Shown here piece after piece: positions 18,839 through 29,339 of a stretch of 64,000 nucleotides of DNA. The position numbers were made by a program, and so were the translations under genes. Below the pieces are notes generated by a model, which had not been told where the DNA came from, searched no databases, and saw only the letters and a program-made list of their open reading frames with translations. Origin of the DNA: a virus (Duplodnaviria > Caudoviricetes); the IMG/VR virus record IMGVR_UViG_3300044652_000022, positions 1-64,000 of that record; one strand, 5' to 3'. Within the stretch, counting starts at the first letter, position 1. Each line of letters opens with the position of its first letter.

Positions 18839-19516
18839 ATGAGGAAATACGTCGTTGTTCACAGTGGAGGCCTTGATTCAACGGTCCTCCTTTACCACCT
18901 GCGCGATTTGGGGCACCACGTCCGCGCCTTGTCCGTCAATTATGGGCAGCGGCACGCCCACGAACTTCAGCAAGCGGTGAAAATCTGCAAGACTCTCGAT
19001 ATCGAGCACCAGTTTGCAGACCTCACCGGGATTACGCATTTGCTTGGCGGATCGAGCCAGACCGATCCGTCGATCCCTGTTCCACACGGGCACTACGCAG
19101 CAGAGAACATGAAGGTCACCGTCGTTCCCAATCGGAACATGATTATGCTCTCCGTCGCGATTGGCTGGGCGATCAGCACCAAGTCCGACGCAGTAGCGTA
19201 CGCAGCCCACGCCGGCGACCATACGATTTACCCAGACTGCCGGCCCGAGTTCGGCGCGGCGATGAACGTCGCGGCGTATTTGGCAGACTGGCATCAGGTG
19301 GAGGTGGTTCGCCCCTTCGTTAATTTCACCAAAGCCGAAATCGTTGCGTTCGGCGCCAAGCTGAATGTCCCTTTCCAGGATACGTATTCGTGCTATGAAG
19401 GGCGTCCGGTGCATTGCGGAAAGTGCGGAACCTGCGTGGAGCGCATCGAAGCCTTCCATCTTGCTAACGTGCCCGACCCAACCGAGTACGCTAATCCGGC
19501 GGCGGCGCTGGCGTGA
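18839..19516 (+). CDS. queC: 7-cyano-7-deazaguanine synthase
   Basis: [36 protein letters not shown]. Confidence 0.95.
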   Translation: MRKYVVVHSGGLDSTVLLYHLRDLGHHVRALSVNYGQRHAHELQQAVKICKTLDIEHQFADLTGITHLLGGSSQTDPSIPVPHGHYAAENMKVTVVPNRNMIMLSVAIGWAISTKSDAVAYAAHAGDHTIYPDCRPEFGAAMNVAAYLADWHQVEVVRPFVNFTKAEIVAFGAKLNVPFQDTYSCYEGRPVHCGKCGTCVERIEAFHLANVPDPTEYANPAAALA

Positions 19517-19605
19517 CGGAACTTTTACATTTGCGGGATCGGGCTACCCGATCCCTATCCTTATCGCCGGCGCAGATGAAAAATACGAAAGATTTCGAGG
19601 AACCT

Positions 19606-19634
19606 TTGACAGAATCTATAGTTTACCTAATAAT
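19606..19634 (+). promoter_or_regulatory. Early promoter P9 (degenerate)
   Basis: TTGACA-17-AATAAT with TCTATAGTTTACC. Confidence 0.7.
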
Positions 19635-19680
19635 TAAAGCGGAGGGCTGCAATCCAGTCCGAAGGAGCGGATAACAGGAC

Positions 19681-20118
19681 ATGGGCACACTACCACAAAC
19701 CACAGGAGGCTTCGTATTGACGAGGGCGCGCCGCGGTCCACGGATCCCAGAAGGCACCGTTCGCATATCGAAGTCCGGGGCCGACATTTCCATTCCATTC
19801 GAGGTGCTGGGAGAAGCGCTTGAGCAGCCCGACTACAACTTCCACACCGACACCAAGGTGACGCTGCGTCCTTTGGTGGACGAAAAGAAAAAGCGGCTGC
19901 GGTTCGTCGTCGTCCCAACGGATCAGGCTTCGGACGTGGACGCCTTCAACTGCCGCCCCTACGTGACCTCCCAGGACTCGCGTTCGGTGGTGGTGACGTG
20001 TCGAACGCTGCTGGAAAAAATGGGCAAAGTTCTACCCGGGCGCGACTACCCAGTCAAGGTGGCGGGTGACGCGCTGACCATTTCGTTTGGTAAGGTGGCG
20101 CCCAGAAAAAAGGCGTAG
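19681..20118 (+). CDS. Hypothetical beta-rich protein
   Basis: 145-aa ORF downstream of P9. Confidence 0.65.
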   Translation: MGTLPQTTGGFVLTRARRGPRIPEGTVRISKSGADISIPFEVLGEALEQPDYNFHTDTKVTLRPLVDEKKKRLRFVVVPTDQASDVDAFNCRPYVTSQDSRSVVVTCRTLLEKMGKVLPGRDYPVKVAGDALTISFGKVAPRKKA

Positions 20119-20296
20119 GAGGTGGGCTGTGCTGATAGGCTTCCTCTTTCGATGCGACGACTGCTTTACTCAGGCGAAAATCGGCGGCTCGAATCTGAAC
20201 GACGCCACCAAAGAACTGTGCCGGCAAGGGTGGACGGTAAAACAGGGCTTGAATCGAGCCGTCCACCTCTGCGAAAAATGCAAGCGCAAAGGCGCT

Positions 20297-20378
20297 GCTG
20301 CGTAACGTAGCGCCTTCCCTCCCTCTTCCCTTCCGTTCTCCTCCTTCCGACGCAGCAGAGCCAGAGCTAACGCGAGCA
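20297..20378 (+). repeat. Dispersed repeat copy
   Basis: cgcagcagagccagagctaacgcgagc; 9-bp inverted repeat ctgctgcgt/acgcagcag. Confidence 0.8.
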
Positions 20379-20713
20379 TTCTGGGTTCAGTCAACTGTCG
20401 GGTTGCAATTTCCCCTCGGATCCCGCAGAATGCGAGTAGAGAGGTGCCAAAATGACGACCGACCTCAAGCAAACGGCCGGCCGAGCCACTTCCGAAAATA
20501 ATCGCAACCGCGACCGTCGCAAATTCTTCCTTGCAGCCAGCGAACTCTCCATGAGCCCGGAGGAATACGACCGCGCCTTGCACGCCTACCTAAAAGCCAT
20601 TCTGCCTCCTGGTTCACCCTGCACCTGCACTCACTGCCTGCTGCGCAGAGCCGCTTAAACAACCGGGCTGGGATCGCTTGATTCCAGCCCATTATTGCGG
20701 CTGAAAATAGCGG

Positions 20714-20742
20714 TTGACAGCGCCTATAGTTTTCCTCATAAT
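20714..20742 (+). promoter_or_regulatory. Early promoter P10
   Basis: TTGACA-17-CATAAT; ATG at 20750. Confidence 0.9.
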
Positions 20743-20749
20743 AAAGAAC

Positions 20750-20926
20750 ATGCAGCAACGGAAACCAATCCGACGCGCGAACGCCTCGAGCGTAACGACC
20801 GAATGTCCGCAATGCCAGCGTCCCGTCACTGTGGACCTGGAAGAGGACTTCGAGTTTACGCCGCGCCTTTGCGACGATTGCCAGGAAGCCGCTGACCGGC
20901 GCCACGATGACGAGGAGGTCGCATGA
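20750..20926 (+). CDS. Zn-ribbon small protein (leaderless)
   Basis: CPQC..CDDC. Confidence 0.65.
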   Translation: MQQRKPIRRANASSVTTECPQCQRPVTVDLEEDFEFTPRLCDDCQEAADRRHDDEEVA

Positions 20927-21437
20927 AAAACCTGCGAGTGGTAGACGACGCTGGGAACGTTATCGAAACGCTTCCTGACCTCAATGCAATGGACGAAGCT
21001 GAGTTTCAGGAATGGGCGCTCGAATTTGCGACTCGCTTGAGCCAGGCGCAAGTGGAGGTCGCATGATTCCCGAAAAACTCACCTGGTGGAACGGCGTCAA
21101 CGAGTCCTACGAACTCTGGCAGACGCCCGAAGTCAAGCCAGGCTTCCATCTGTATCATTTCGTTGCCGGCGTCGAAGTCGGGCGGCATGGGTTTTCGTCG
21201 GCGCTAGCGGGACGCAAGGAATTCGAACGTCGGGTTACGGAGGCGGTCAATGGCCGGGCATAGACAGGTGAAGATTCGGCGCCCTGCTCCGCAGCCTCGG
21301 GTGTTTAGCGTCGATACGACGGTCATGTCCTCGATTGACGGGCTGACGGCAGAGGTTCTGGAGCAGGCGATTCTGACCGCTTTGCAGTCGGCTGGGTTCT
21401 CTGTTCCGCATATCGCTTGCCAGGAGGTGGTGGACTA

Positions 21438-21668
21438 ATGACGATTGACGAAAGGCTGGAACGTCTGACAGATCGGCACGAAGCCCTTGCCCAATCCCTC
21501 GAACTGCTGCGCGACTCGGTGCATGAGATGCGCGAATCGCTCGAAGCGGAACGCGCCGCGCGTCAGGAGGTAGAGGCTCGCGAGAGGCAGTTGCGGGACG
21601 CCTTGCTGCGATCTATCGCCGCTTTCATTCAAGGGCTGGGCGGTTTAGGTGAGGAAGGAACAGAATAA
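21438..21668 (+). CDS. Coiled-coil protein MTIDERLERLTDRHEAL
   Basis: N-terminus resembles, from memory, a small family common in Acidobacteria. Confidence 0.6.
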   Translation: MTIDERLERLTDRHEALAQSLELLRDSVHEMRESLEAERAARQEVEARERQLRDALLRSIAAFIQGLGGLGEEGTE

Positions 21669-21669
21669 T

Positions 21670-21867
21670 ATGGCGTGGAATTTCTTCAAGTCGATTCGGT
21701 TGCCGCTGGGCATCCGTTTGAATGTTTCCAAAAAGGGTGTCGGCGTTTCGGCTGGCATTCGCGGTGCGCGGGTAGGGATTACGGGCGACGGAAAGCGCAT
21801 CTACCGCAACCTCAGCATCCCAGGCACCGGGCTGTTCAATCGCAAATCATGGAGGCGGAAGCCGTGA
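21670..21867 (+). CDS. DUF4236-like protein
   Basis: FKSIRL..IRLNVSKKGVGVSAG..SIPGTGL. Confidence 0.8.
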   Translation: MAWNFFKSIRLPLGIRLNVSKKGVGVSAGIRGARVGITGDGKRIYRNLSIPGTGLFNRKSWRRKP

Positions 21868-22460
21868 AGCGCAAACAGGAGTGGCTGGTGGGCTGGCAGA
21901 ACGGTGCGGGGCGCTCGTTTAAGGTGCTGACTGACGGTCCCACTAAAACTGCACTCTACGCAGTCCTTGAGTACTGCGCAAGGATCGCAGCAACTCCTGA
22001 CGTTATCAGCGTCACAGTCAAGAAGTCGTTATCAGGAGGATCGGACATGAGGCAGGACGACAAAACGAAAATGCTAGCCCGCGCTGCCAAGCGCTTCATT
22101 ACCGCGTCGAATCGGCTGGTGAACGCCGAGTTGCGACTTCGACAGGCCCCTGGCGCGCGCAGCGCCACCAAAGCCCAGATCAACCTCGACCAGCGCGAGG
22201 AGGAGTACACAGAAGCCGAGGAAACGCTGCGCGCGTTGATCGAGGAGCTAGGATAATGGCGCAACACACCGAAAACGTGAAATTCCGCTTGTTTCGGATG
22301 CCGTGTTGCGGACAGCAACTGTGCTGGGTCAATCCGCGCCTGCCCTCCCACTGTCCCGAGTGCGGTACGTCGATCTTTTCGCGGCTGCGGTTCGAAAGCG
22401 AGCATACGCTCCTGTGCGACGAGCAAGCCCAGTTGAAGTTCCATCAATAGGAGACCAAAA

Positions 22461-23012
22461 ATGTACGGACCATACATGAAGGTTGGCGACTTGTACATGT
22501 TCCGAAAAAAGATCCCGGTCGAGTACTTGGGACGCGAAAACGGAATGCACCGCTTCCGCCGGCTCGACTGCGATCCGAAAATGGTGGGCGCGATATTCGA
22601 GCGCCGAGCCGCGCGCGGGCTGTCAACCCATTACCCCAAATGCAACGTGGAGACGGGCTGCGAGTGTCAGGAGCGGCTGGCTCTGAAGAAAAACCGGACC
22701 TGGCATTCGCCGCAACCGCAACCGCCTGCCGAAGATCCCTACCCGCAGCACACAGCGCTGGCGCAGGTCAAACGTGAGTCCCAGGTGATTGGCGAGTTCA
22801 TCGACTGGCTCCGAAACGAAAAGAAAATCCAACTGGCGCTGTGGGTCCCGGAAACCGACGACATGCACGCGCATCTAGCCTCGATCTTTACGCCCATCAA
22901 CGAACTCCTGGCCGAGTACTTCGAAATCGACCTCCACGCGCTGGAACTGGAAAAACTCGCCATGCTGCAAAAACAGCGACAATTGATCTCGGAGAACACG
23001 AACAATGGCTGA
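22461..23012 (+). CDS. Hypothetical protein
   Basis: 183-aa ORF with GGAG RBS. Confidence 0.6.
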   Translation: MYGPYMKVGDLYMFRKKIPVEYLGRENGMHRFRRLDCDPKMVGAIFERRAARGLSTHYPKCNVETGCECQERLALKKNRTWHSPQPQPPAEDPYPQHTALAQVKRESQVIGEFIDWLRNEKKIQLALWVPETDDMHAHLASIFTPINELLAEYFEIDLHALELEKLAMLQKQRQLISENTNNG

Positions 23013-23315
23013 AAGAGTTCAATACACGGTGCTCTGTTCCTGCGGCTGGCATGAGCAGTTTGATTCCTTTGGTGCAGCGGAGCATGGCGCCACGGTGCAT
23101 TTGTTCACCGAAGGCACCCACGATCAAATGCTATGCCTCCGCCCCTCCAGCCACAATCCAAACGCATCAGTGGTGGCGTTCGAGTTTCAGGCGCGGAAGG
23201 ATAACGTCGCCGCCGAGGTGAAGGGTGAATGATCGAACGCTGCCCAACCTGTGACGCTGGCTTCGGCATTAACCTGATGAGCGGTGCTGCGCGAATCGTG
23301 CCTCCTGTCCCAGAA

Positions 23316-23408
23316 CGTCGAAAATCGCGGTAGAATCGTTTCCTCCACCCGTTCCGGCTGTATTCCTCCACCTCCGGCTTCGGAAGCGAGCAGAACCAGG
23401 CTGCTCGC
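23316..23408 (+). repeat. Dispersed repeat copy
   Basis: gcgagcag-aaccagg-ctgctcgc hairpin; cgttccggctgtattcc is shared with the 36.8 kb copy. Confidence 0.75.
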
Positions 23409-23445
23409 CCGTAATCGAGAGGTTCTTTAGGTATTTTAGGCAACC

Positions 23446-23502
23446 CTTTGGCGGAATTGGGGATATTCCGCCCGGTGGGGGAGGTCTGAAATTCCGCCAA
23501 AG
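23446..23502. repeat. Perfect 13-bp inverted repeat
   Basis: ctttggcggaatt / aattccgccaaag. Confidence 0.85.
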
Positions 23503-23530
23503 ATTTTTGGAAGTTTTTTGGTCGGAAGGG

Positions 23531-23559
23531 TTGACACCACCTATAGTTTCCCTCATAAT
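23531..23559 (+). promoter_or_regulatory. Early promoter P11
   Basis: TTGACA-17-CATAAT; GTG at 23567. Confidence 0.9.
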
Positions 23560-23853
23560 TAGAAACGTGAACAGCAAACAACAGCCCGCTGCCAAAAAGA
23601 CATACGCGCAAATGACGCCTGCCGAGCGCCTTGCAGACCGCATCGCCAAGAATCGCGTTATCGACGCAAAGGTGGCGAAAATCGAGTATCGCCGCGAGGT
23701 AGCCCAGCGCGTTGCCTCCAACATGCTCTGCAACGCTCTCGAAACGTTCCTGAAGAATGCGCCGAAACTGTCTGACGAAGAGTTGGCGCAGGGCTTGGGT
23801 GCTGCTGCTGACGTTGCGAAGAAAATCAATAACCTGTAAAAAGGGAGCCGACC

Positions 23854-24201
23854 ATGAGCATCGAAACTATCCGCCTCAACTCCGCCAGAGAAGCCGAAAT
23901 CGCCACCGAGTTCAGCGGTGACGGGACGACGTTCAAAGTGGGCGACGTTGCGCGCCACGACCACATCAAAGGGCGTTTTTACGCCTCGACCTTGATCGAG
24001 ATCAAGCTGTACATTTGCGACGCCTCCGGGACCGCCAAGCAAACGCGGAATCTGTGGAGCGGTAGCGACGTAAAGCGCGCCGACGAGGTGTTCTATGCGA
24101 CGGCTCTGGTCGTAGAGTGCGCAGCAAAAACGAAGGTGCTCCGCGCGGTGTGGCTGGAAAACAACCGCGCGATCCGCAGCCATTCAAACGTAGAGGCATA
24201 A
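23854..24201 (+). CDS. Hypothetical protein
   Basis: GGGAG RBS. Confidence 0.6.
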   Translation: MSIETIRLNSAREAEIATEFSGDGTTFKVGDVARHDHIKGRFYASTLIEIKLYICDASGTAKQTRNLWSGSDVKRADEVFYATALVVECAAKTKVLRAVWLENNRAIRSHSNVEA

Positions 24202-24901
24202 ATCATGCGACGACGCCAAACAACGAGAACCAACCCCTTCAGCCAGTTGCTGAAAGAAAACGGGTGGCTGCTGAAAACCGCCACCGACCCGATCCTGGCC
24301 GGGCTGGGCCTGGACGAGTACGTGTACATTCTTCGCGCGGATCGGTTGCTGCACCTGCACCTCAGCCCGAGCGATATGACGTGGGAGGCGAAGCGCTACA
24401 CCCGCGAGCCGTTCGGCGACTACACCGGCGTGTATCAGCCCAAGGGCAGCGGTCAGGGAATCGAGAGCCTGCGCGCGTTCGTCGCGGAGGTAAAGTAAAT
24501 GGCTTACGAGGTGCGCGTCAACGGACGTTTGTTTTTCTTCTACCACCTGTCCAACCTCAAGCGCGTATCGCGCAGCCGTTGGACGGTCGAGCGCCACGGC
24601 GTCGAGTATCGAATCGAGGGTGGCAAGGCTGCGGGCGGAACGAGCCGCGATTGGTGGCTAGACGGTCCGGGCTGGGACAAATCTATCGACTGCACGTCGC
24701 TGGTGGACGCGCTGAAGTGCTTGGAGGGCATGTGAAAATCAACCTGGAAATCGAGATCCCGGAAGAATGGCTGGAAGAGTTAGGGATTGACGTGAGCGAG
24801 GCTCAGGCGATCCTGACCGACTTTATCAACCGGGAAAAGCACGAAATCCTGGCGGACAACAGCGGGAACTAAATCTGTACAATGAGGCGAGGATCCAGAC
24901 G

Positions 24902-25402
24902 ATGAAAAACGTATTGACCGAAACCCCCTTTCTGCGTATGTCGATGGACGCAGGTGTCTACATTTTCAGCCACAGCACCCAGGACACCCTCTGCGAACTC
25001 CAGATCCGCTTTGCGTATCACGGTGACGGGATTTCGAAGGACGGTGCCCACGGAACGGGCGACGTGGACGAACTAAAAAACTGGCTCAAATACAAGCGCA
25101 TCGTCCGCAGCGACGGCGGCGAGTACGAACTGGTTTCGGACGCAGAGTGGAAAGAGCGGATGGAGGCGGTGCTGGAGCACGAAGGCGAGGACGCGGTGAA
25201 CGAGGTCCAGAACGACGACCGCTACCGCGCCGTGTTCATGGGCGACGAATACTACCGCAATTGGCGCGTGTTCGAGGCGCTGATTGAACGCTGGGAGTCG
25301 ATGTTGCGCCTCCGCCTGTTCCGCCCGACCGTGACGCATAGCGACCGGTGGGATTGGCAACCGACGACGTTCCTGCGCCGCGATTCCGCGATTGGCGGTT
25401 GA
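24902..25402 (+). CDS. Hypothetical acidic protein
   Basis: 166-aa ORF with RBS. Confidence 0.6.
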   Translation: MKNVLTETPFLRMSMDAGVYIFSHSTQDTLCELQIRFAYHGDGISKDGAHGTGDVDELKNWLKYKRIVRSDGGEYELVSDAEWKERMEAVLEHEGEDAVNEVQNDDRYRAVFMGDEYYRNWRVFEALIERWESMLRLRLFRPTVTHSDRWDWQPTTFLRRDSAIGG

Positions 25403-25427
25403 CAGCGCCTATAGTTTCACTCATAAT
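25399..25427 (+). promoter_or_regulatory. Early promoter P12
   Basis: TTGACA-17-CATAAT. Confidence 0.9.
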
Positions 25428-25611
25428 TGTTTAGAGGCGGAATCATGACGACCGTTCCAAAAGCGAAAATCGAAATTGTCGTTCTGCGCATCGAACGCGA
25501 ATTAGCGAAGGTGCGCCAAGAGCTTCAGCGTCCCGCGCCGCGTTCGCTGGTGCTGGACAAGATTGGAAGCCGTGTTGTGAAGTTGTCCGATCAACTCAGG
25601 CCTGGTGCAAC

Positions 25612-26463
25612 ATGGGAATAATCGCACGCAACGAAGCCGCGCACCGCTTGCGCATTCTCGCCAGCCAAGCCAATCGCGGCGTGTCGGCCGCGCGCAACGG
25701 GGACTGGCGCGAGGCGTTTGACGCTGCGTATGAGATGCGCGAGGCGCTGAACAAATTGATCCCACACCTCGAAGAGGCAGCGGACGCGGTGGCGGCGGGT
25801 GTGATGCCAGAATCGTTCGCCGACGCCGACGCTGCTCCGCCAATCGACTACTCCGAGCCCAAGCGCACGGGCGGCGGGATGGGGTATCGCGGGGGAGCGG
25901 GCAATCGCGTCGGGTACACGACCTATTCCAGTGGTGGGTATGCGCCCATCAAGCGCGACGAAAGCGGGAACTGGACGCGCGAAACAACGGAAGAGCGTTG
26001 CCCGAATTGCAAGCGCTTCCCGAAAGAGGAAGGGCATGAAGGCTGGTGCCCGAGGGCGCATGAGCCAAAAGCGTTCACCGTCAAAACCAGGCCGCGCTAC
26101 GATTCGAGCTTCAACGCGCCCTCTCGCGACAAGGTCGAGCGCTCCACCGCCGACCCGATCTGGAACCCGCTGTCCGACATGATCGACGATATCAAGCGCA
26201 TGGCGGCAGAACGCGAGGCTCCCGCCGAACCGCAACCAATCGTCACGCCGCCACCTCCAGTCGAGAAAATCTATGCCTTCGACCTGCGACGTATTCCTGG
26301 CATGTCGGAGTACGAGCAAGCCTTCGCAACCTCTGGGCCGCTGAACGACGAGGAACGCGAGGCGGCAGAGGCGTTCAAGCTGCTCGCTCCCGAGATGCGG
26401 GATAAAATCATCGCGCGCTACCGTAGCACCTGCGCGCCCGTGAAGGTGAGGGTCAAAAAATGA
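25612..26463 (+). CDS. Hypothetical protein with CxxC..H..C motif
   Basis: 283 aa; CPNC..HEGWC. Confidence 0.65.
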   Translation: MGIIARNEAAHRLRILASQANRGVSAARNGDWREAFDAAYEMREALNKLIPHLEEAADAVAAGVMPESFADADAAPPIDYSEPKRTGGGMGYRGGAGNRVGYTTYSSGGYAPIKRDESGNWTRETTEERCPNCKRFPKEEGHEGWCPRAHEPKAFTVKTRPRYDSSFNAPSRDKVERSTADPIWNPLSDMIDDIKRMAAEREAPAEPQPIVTPPPPVEKIYAFDLRRIPGMSEYEQAFATSGPLNDEEREAAEAFKLLAPEMRDKIIARYRSTCAPVKVRVKK

Positions 26464-27908
26464 TTCGGTGGGTAAGCGCGACAAAGTGGGTGGTGTCCTC
26501 GCTAGCAAATGGAAAGGTTTATTTTCTGGCTTCGCAGGGACGGTGGCTGCGTCGTCACACCAAAGCCCTCCGATTCGATTCGCAGCAGGACGCAGAGGAC
26601 GTGGCGGGGCGGGTACAGGGAAAAGCGCTTCCTGTAAAGGTGCGACAGGCGGATTCGTTTCCACCAAAGAAAACGCATGACGCCTACCGTGCTGATGCTG
26701 TATCGGTGTTTGGGGCAGGGTACACGCCAGACTACTACGACCAGAACTTCGTTGGGTACATGCGCCGCGCCTATTGCGACGGATACGAGGACGGCAAAAA
26801 AGCAGAACGCAACCGCATCCGCAATATGCAGCGACGACAGAAAAAGGTGGCGGGCAAATGAGCCTCGGTCAAGATTACCTTTTGCCTTGCGATCCGCGAA
26901 CGTTCCGCGATGCAAAAACCGGACGATCTGTCATTGGCCCGCGGCGCTGCATTTTCGTCCACCAGCCAAAACACGTTCCAGGCAAGGTGTTCGTCTGTCC
27001 AGATTGCAAATCCGAGTACAAAGGCGTGTCAAACGGATGGGAGCCCAAAAATGAGAGTCGCTAGAACGTCCAATTACGGCGAAGAGGATCTCACCTTCCG
27101 CGCTGAAACGCCCGAGGAGGAAGGCCACCTTGCGCAATGCTACCAGCGAATGATTCAGGAAGGGACGACGCACGTACCAGCCCGCCTGCTCGAATTGCTG
27201 GAAGAAAAAGGTTATCGGTTGTCTTTAGTCGAACCCGAGGAGGAAAAATGCCCCGAACCAAAGAACGAATCAAAATCCTGAACCGCTTCCAAATGTCCAA
27301 GTACTCGCGATCGTTCGATCCGCGGCGCTATGCGGAGGAAACGAAGTTCCCGGTTACGTTTTCGCTTGTCCACAACGACGGCCCAGACGTTCGCTGCATG
27401 GTGGCGATATCGGACACGTCGGAACTGGCGATTACCATGCCGCTAGACGAGTTCAACGCCCTCCCGGTCGTGGAGGTGTAGCGGTGGCCGTCCTCCAGCC
27501 TGAGGTCCATGCCTATTATCTGCGCACGGGCTTCCTCGGGTATCTGTCGCGTCCGTATCGCCCAGAGGCCGTCGAGATTCGACGCATCCAGCAAGCTGAC
27601 CTGTCCTGGAAATGGATGGTTAAGGAGCCAGGTATCGAAGGCGGCGCTGTCCTCAATCGCTTGCTGGAATGGGAATATCAGAGTAGCCCGTCCAACCGCA
27701 CCACCGACGACTTGCAGCGGACGCGCTATGTATCCATGGAGGAGGCTCTGCAATACGTGGGCTGGTGGATTGAGCACGTCGTTTATGGTTGTACGCATCC
27801 ACCAGCCTGCGAACGCTGCAATTGGTGCGGGTGGAGGAAAACATGACGGACGCCTTCTGGAGATTTGTGCTGGTCGTGGTAGCGTTCGCAGGCGGCGTGC
27901 TGGTCGGG

Positions 27909-28189
27909 TGGGCAGTTCGCGATTTTCAGCATTGGTGCGAAAAGGAGCGAGGTCGATGATCGAAGCGTTGACGATTTCGGTGGCGGCGGTGTCTTGGGCA
28001 GTGGTCGTGGTGATTTTTCTGCGCATGGTAAATCGGTGGTCGCGAGGTGTCAAATGAAGGTCCGAGTGACGGCAGGCGAGTTGATCAAGGCGCTGGAGGC
28101 GGCGGTGGGTACAGAGAAAACTCCTATCACGCTGATTCTTCTGGGCAGTTCGCGATTTTCAGCATTGGTGCGAAAAGGCGCGAGGTCGA
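27909..28189 (+). repeat. 48-bp direct repeat, one mismatch (27909-27956 and 28142-28189)
   Basis: tgggcagttcgcgattttcagcattggtgcgaaaagg(a/c)gcgaggtcga. Confidence 0.95.
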
Positions 28190-28249
28190 AGGAGTTCGCC
28201 GAGTTGTTTGCGGAGTTCTTTTTTCACGCTGTCTTGAACGCCGGCGGAA

Positions 28250-28459
28250 ATGAAAGTCCGCGTAACGGCTAACGAGCTTACCCAGGCGTTGCGGTTGCTG
28301 GGTGTGGAGGACAATCCCATCACGCTGATTGACGAGGATGGGATGGAGTGGACGCTGGATCTTGGGAACAGAATGCCAGGTCCGCTTTTTCGAATGGGCT
28401 CGGTTTACCTGTCCATTCGACCGTACACGAACATGGACGCGGCGGCGGAGGGCGAGTAG
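28250..28459 (+). CDS. Hypothetical protein (N-terminal paralog at 28054)
   Basis: MKVRVTA(N/G)EL at both starts. Confidence 0.65.
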   Translation: MKVRVTANELTQALRLLGVEDNPITLIDEDGMEWTLDLGNRMPGPLFRMGSVYLSIRPYTNMDAAAEGE

Positions 28460-28527
28460 TTCTGATACGCTTGAAACGAAACCGGCAGAATAGCCGGTCA
28501 ACCTTAAAACGAAGAACGGGAGAAACG

Positions 28528-28989
28528 ATGGCCCAAAAACAAGACCCAATCTACAACCTCATCTCATTGCCAGGTCTGGAACAGGCGTGCGAAAGCCTCA
28601 TCAGGCAAATGAATGCGATTCGCCGCGCCGTGGGACAACCTGAAACGTACTACCTGGGCAGAGACGGACAGAAAAAGCCCAAACTGCTCGCACCTCCCGA
28701 AGTCGAGGTGCCTGCCCAGCAGCCTGACAATGCTCAGGTGAAAATCGAAATCGTCAAGCCCGACTTCGTGCTGCCCGACGCCCCACCGCCTCAAGTCGAG
28801 GGACAGGCTTCGGAAACGGAGATTCTGAACTACGCCAAGGAGAACGGCGGACTGTTCAATAAATTCCACTTCAAGGACAAAAACCCTTCCGCCAAGGTTC
28901 AGCGTCTCGGTGCGATGGTGCGTCACGGCTTGCTGAAGAAAACGCGCGACGTGGGCGTCTATCGTATGACAGCAGCGGCCCGCCGTTAG
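28528..28989 (+). CDS. Protein with C-terminal winged-helix-like segment, candidate regulator
   Basis: EILNYAKENGG...VQRLGAMVRHGLLKKTRDVGVYRMT; last gene of the early run. Confidence 0.55.
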   Translation: MAQKQDPIYNLISLPGLEQACESLIRQMNAIRRAVGQPETYYLGRDGQKKPKLLAPPEVEVPAQQPDNAQVKIEIVKPDFVLPDAPPPQVEGQASETEILNYAKENGGLFNKFHFKDKNPSAKVQRLGAMVRHGLLKKTRDVGVYRMTAAARR

Positions 28990-29068
28990 AAAAAGAAATC
29001 CAGCCCTAAAGGTGGGGGAGTTTGTCGAGCCCCCACTTTCCTACCTCTCCCGTTTTAGAACGCAATAT

Positions 29069-29093
29069 AGCCAGAGCAGACGCGAGCAGCGCC
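29069..29093 (+). repeat. Dispersed repeat copy
   Basis: agccagagcagacgcgagcagcgcc. Confidence 0.7.
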
Positions 29094-29141
29094 CTCTGCA
29101 AAACTCTAGCCGAACTATAGGAATGGTTTAACGTTCGCGAG

Positions 29142-29169
29142 TTGACAAAGTGCAGAGTTTCGCTACAAT
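29142..29169 (+). promoter_or_regulatory. Sigma70 promoter with an inverted CCTATAGTT box upstream (29113-29121)
   Basis: TTGACA-16-TACAAT. Confidence 0.75.
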
Positions 29170-29339
29170 TTTTTGCACACCGAGGGGCTCAATTCCCTGT
29201 CAAATTGCCCTGGCAATCGCTCCTCGTTTTCTCCAGGCCCGCTGTTGTCTTGAGCGGGAAAGCCTCGGCTATTTTTTCACCATTTTGATCCCGGTTCGGA
29301 GGCACGACTGGATCGGGCCCATTCGCCTGGGAGGAATTC

